From a virus (lineage: Duplodnaviria > Caudoviricetes): a stretch of 35,471 nucleotides of DNA. Positions 35,118-35,471 of the stretch are shown one piece after another; position 1 is the first letter of the stretch, and each line of letters begins with the position of its first letter. A program made the translations under genes and the position numbers. A model generated the notes under the pieces. It did not search any database. It was not told the DNA's origin and saw only the letters and a list, made by a program, of their open reading frames with translations. The stretch covers positions 1-35,471 of the IMG/VR virus record IMGVR_UViG_3300037631_002085, one strand, 5' to 3'.

Positions 35118-35471
35118 TCAGACATCTCCCATGTGCGCAAGACGCATAAGGGCATTCATTCCACGCTTGCGCAGTGCTTGCCCACGAAGTCCACCATCGG
35201 CGTTTGTTTGCATTGTGCCTTCGTCCTCAAGGTATGAAGCAGTCGCAAGGTCTGCGCAGATTTCACGCACAACATGAGCGTATTGTCCTTCTTGGACTTT
35301 GCTATTATTGTTGTGGTTAAATGAAATGCCTGCGCATCCCGTCAAGTCGTTGCTGGATTTGCCCGTCCATGAAAAGGAATCACTGTCAATGTTTCCACTG
35401 CCGCTTGCTGAAAAGGAAGAAGCATCGGTGAGCGTTATGGTTGTTGCGCCTACGCTGATACCGCCATCAAG
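35118..35471 (-). CDS. putative head-tail adaptor, 5'-truncated by window edge
   Basis: Frame open to the window end (LDGGISVGATTITLTDASSF...VVREICADLATASYL...ALRKRGMNALMRLA); adaptor-like C-terminal helices. Confidence 0.55.
   Translation of the reverse strand, partial: LDGGISVGATTITLTDASSFSASGSGNIDSDSFSWTGKSSNDLTGCAGISFNHNNNSKVQEGQYAHVVREICADLATASYLEDEGTMQTNADGGLRGQALRKRGMNALMRLAHMGDV

Noticed and set aside
1-35471. tRNA/rRNA genes, integrase, transposase, reverse transcriptase/DGR repeats
   Set aside because: None recognised by eye; intergenic gaps are short and lack cloverleaf patterns. tRNAscan-SE and a self dot-plot would confirm.

Overview
This window is a fragment of a tailed dsDNA archaeal virus (siphovirus-like). 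It is most consistent with a Magrovirus-type virus of marine Poseidoniales/Euryarchaeota; that is an inference from gene content, and no search was run. The + strand (1-20.7 kb) is an early/replication module: PAC2-like protein, N-terminally truncated MCM-like AAA+ ATPase, many small Zn-finger/wHTH proteins, dNMP kinase, RFC small subunit, putative SSB, AAA_24/Sak4-like ATPase, putative sliding clamp, GNAT, PolB, DNA methyltransferase, Cas4-like nuclease, PriS-PriL fused primase and ERCC4 nuclease. The - strand (20.8-35.5 kb) is a tail module: head-tail adaptor, neck proteins, tail tube, frameshifted tail chaperone, tape measure and a 2350-aa tail protein. The most unusual signals are: (i) a pervasive, frame-independent iterated palindrome TGCGCA alongside apparent absence of GATC/AGCT/GTAC/ACGT/CTAG; (ii) a PAC2/Pba-like protein ending in a proteasome-docking HbYX motif; (iii) a promoter-driven ~67-nt hairpin RNA candidate with anti-Shine-Dalgarno sequences in its loop, at the junction of the convergent modules; (iv) a GNAT-PolB-MTase unit whose PolB has atypical motifs; (v) a symmetric AT-rich origin candidate at 1262-1467. 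All protein calls come from motifs recognised by eye.
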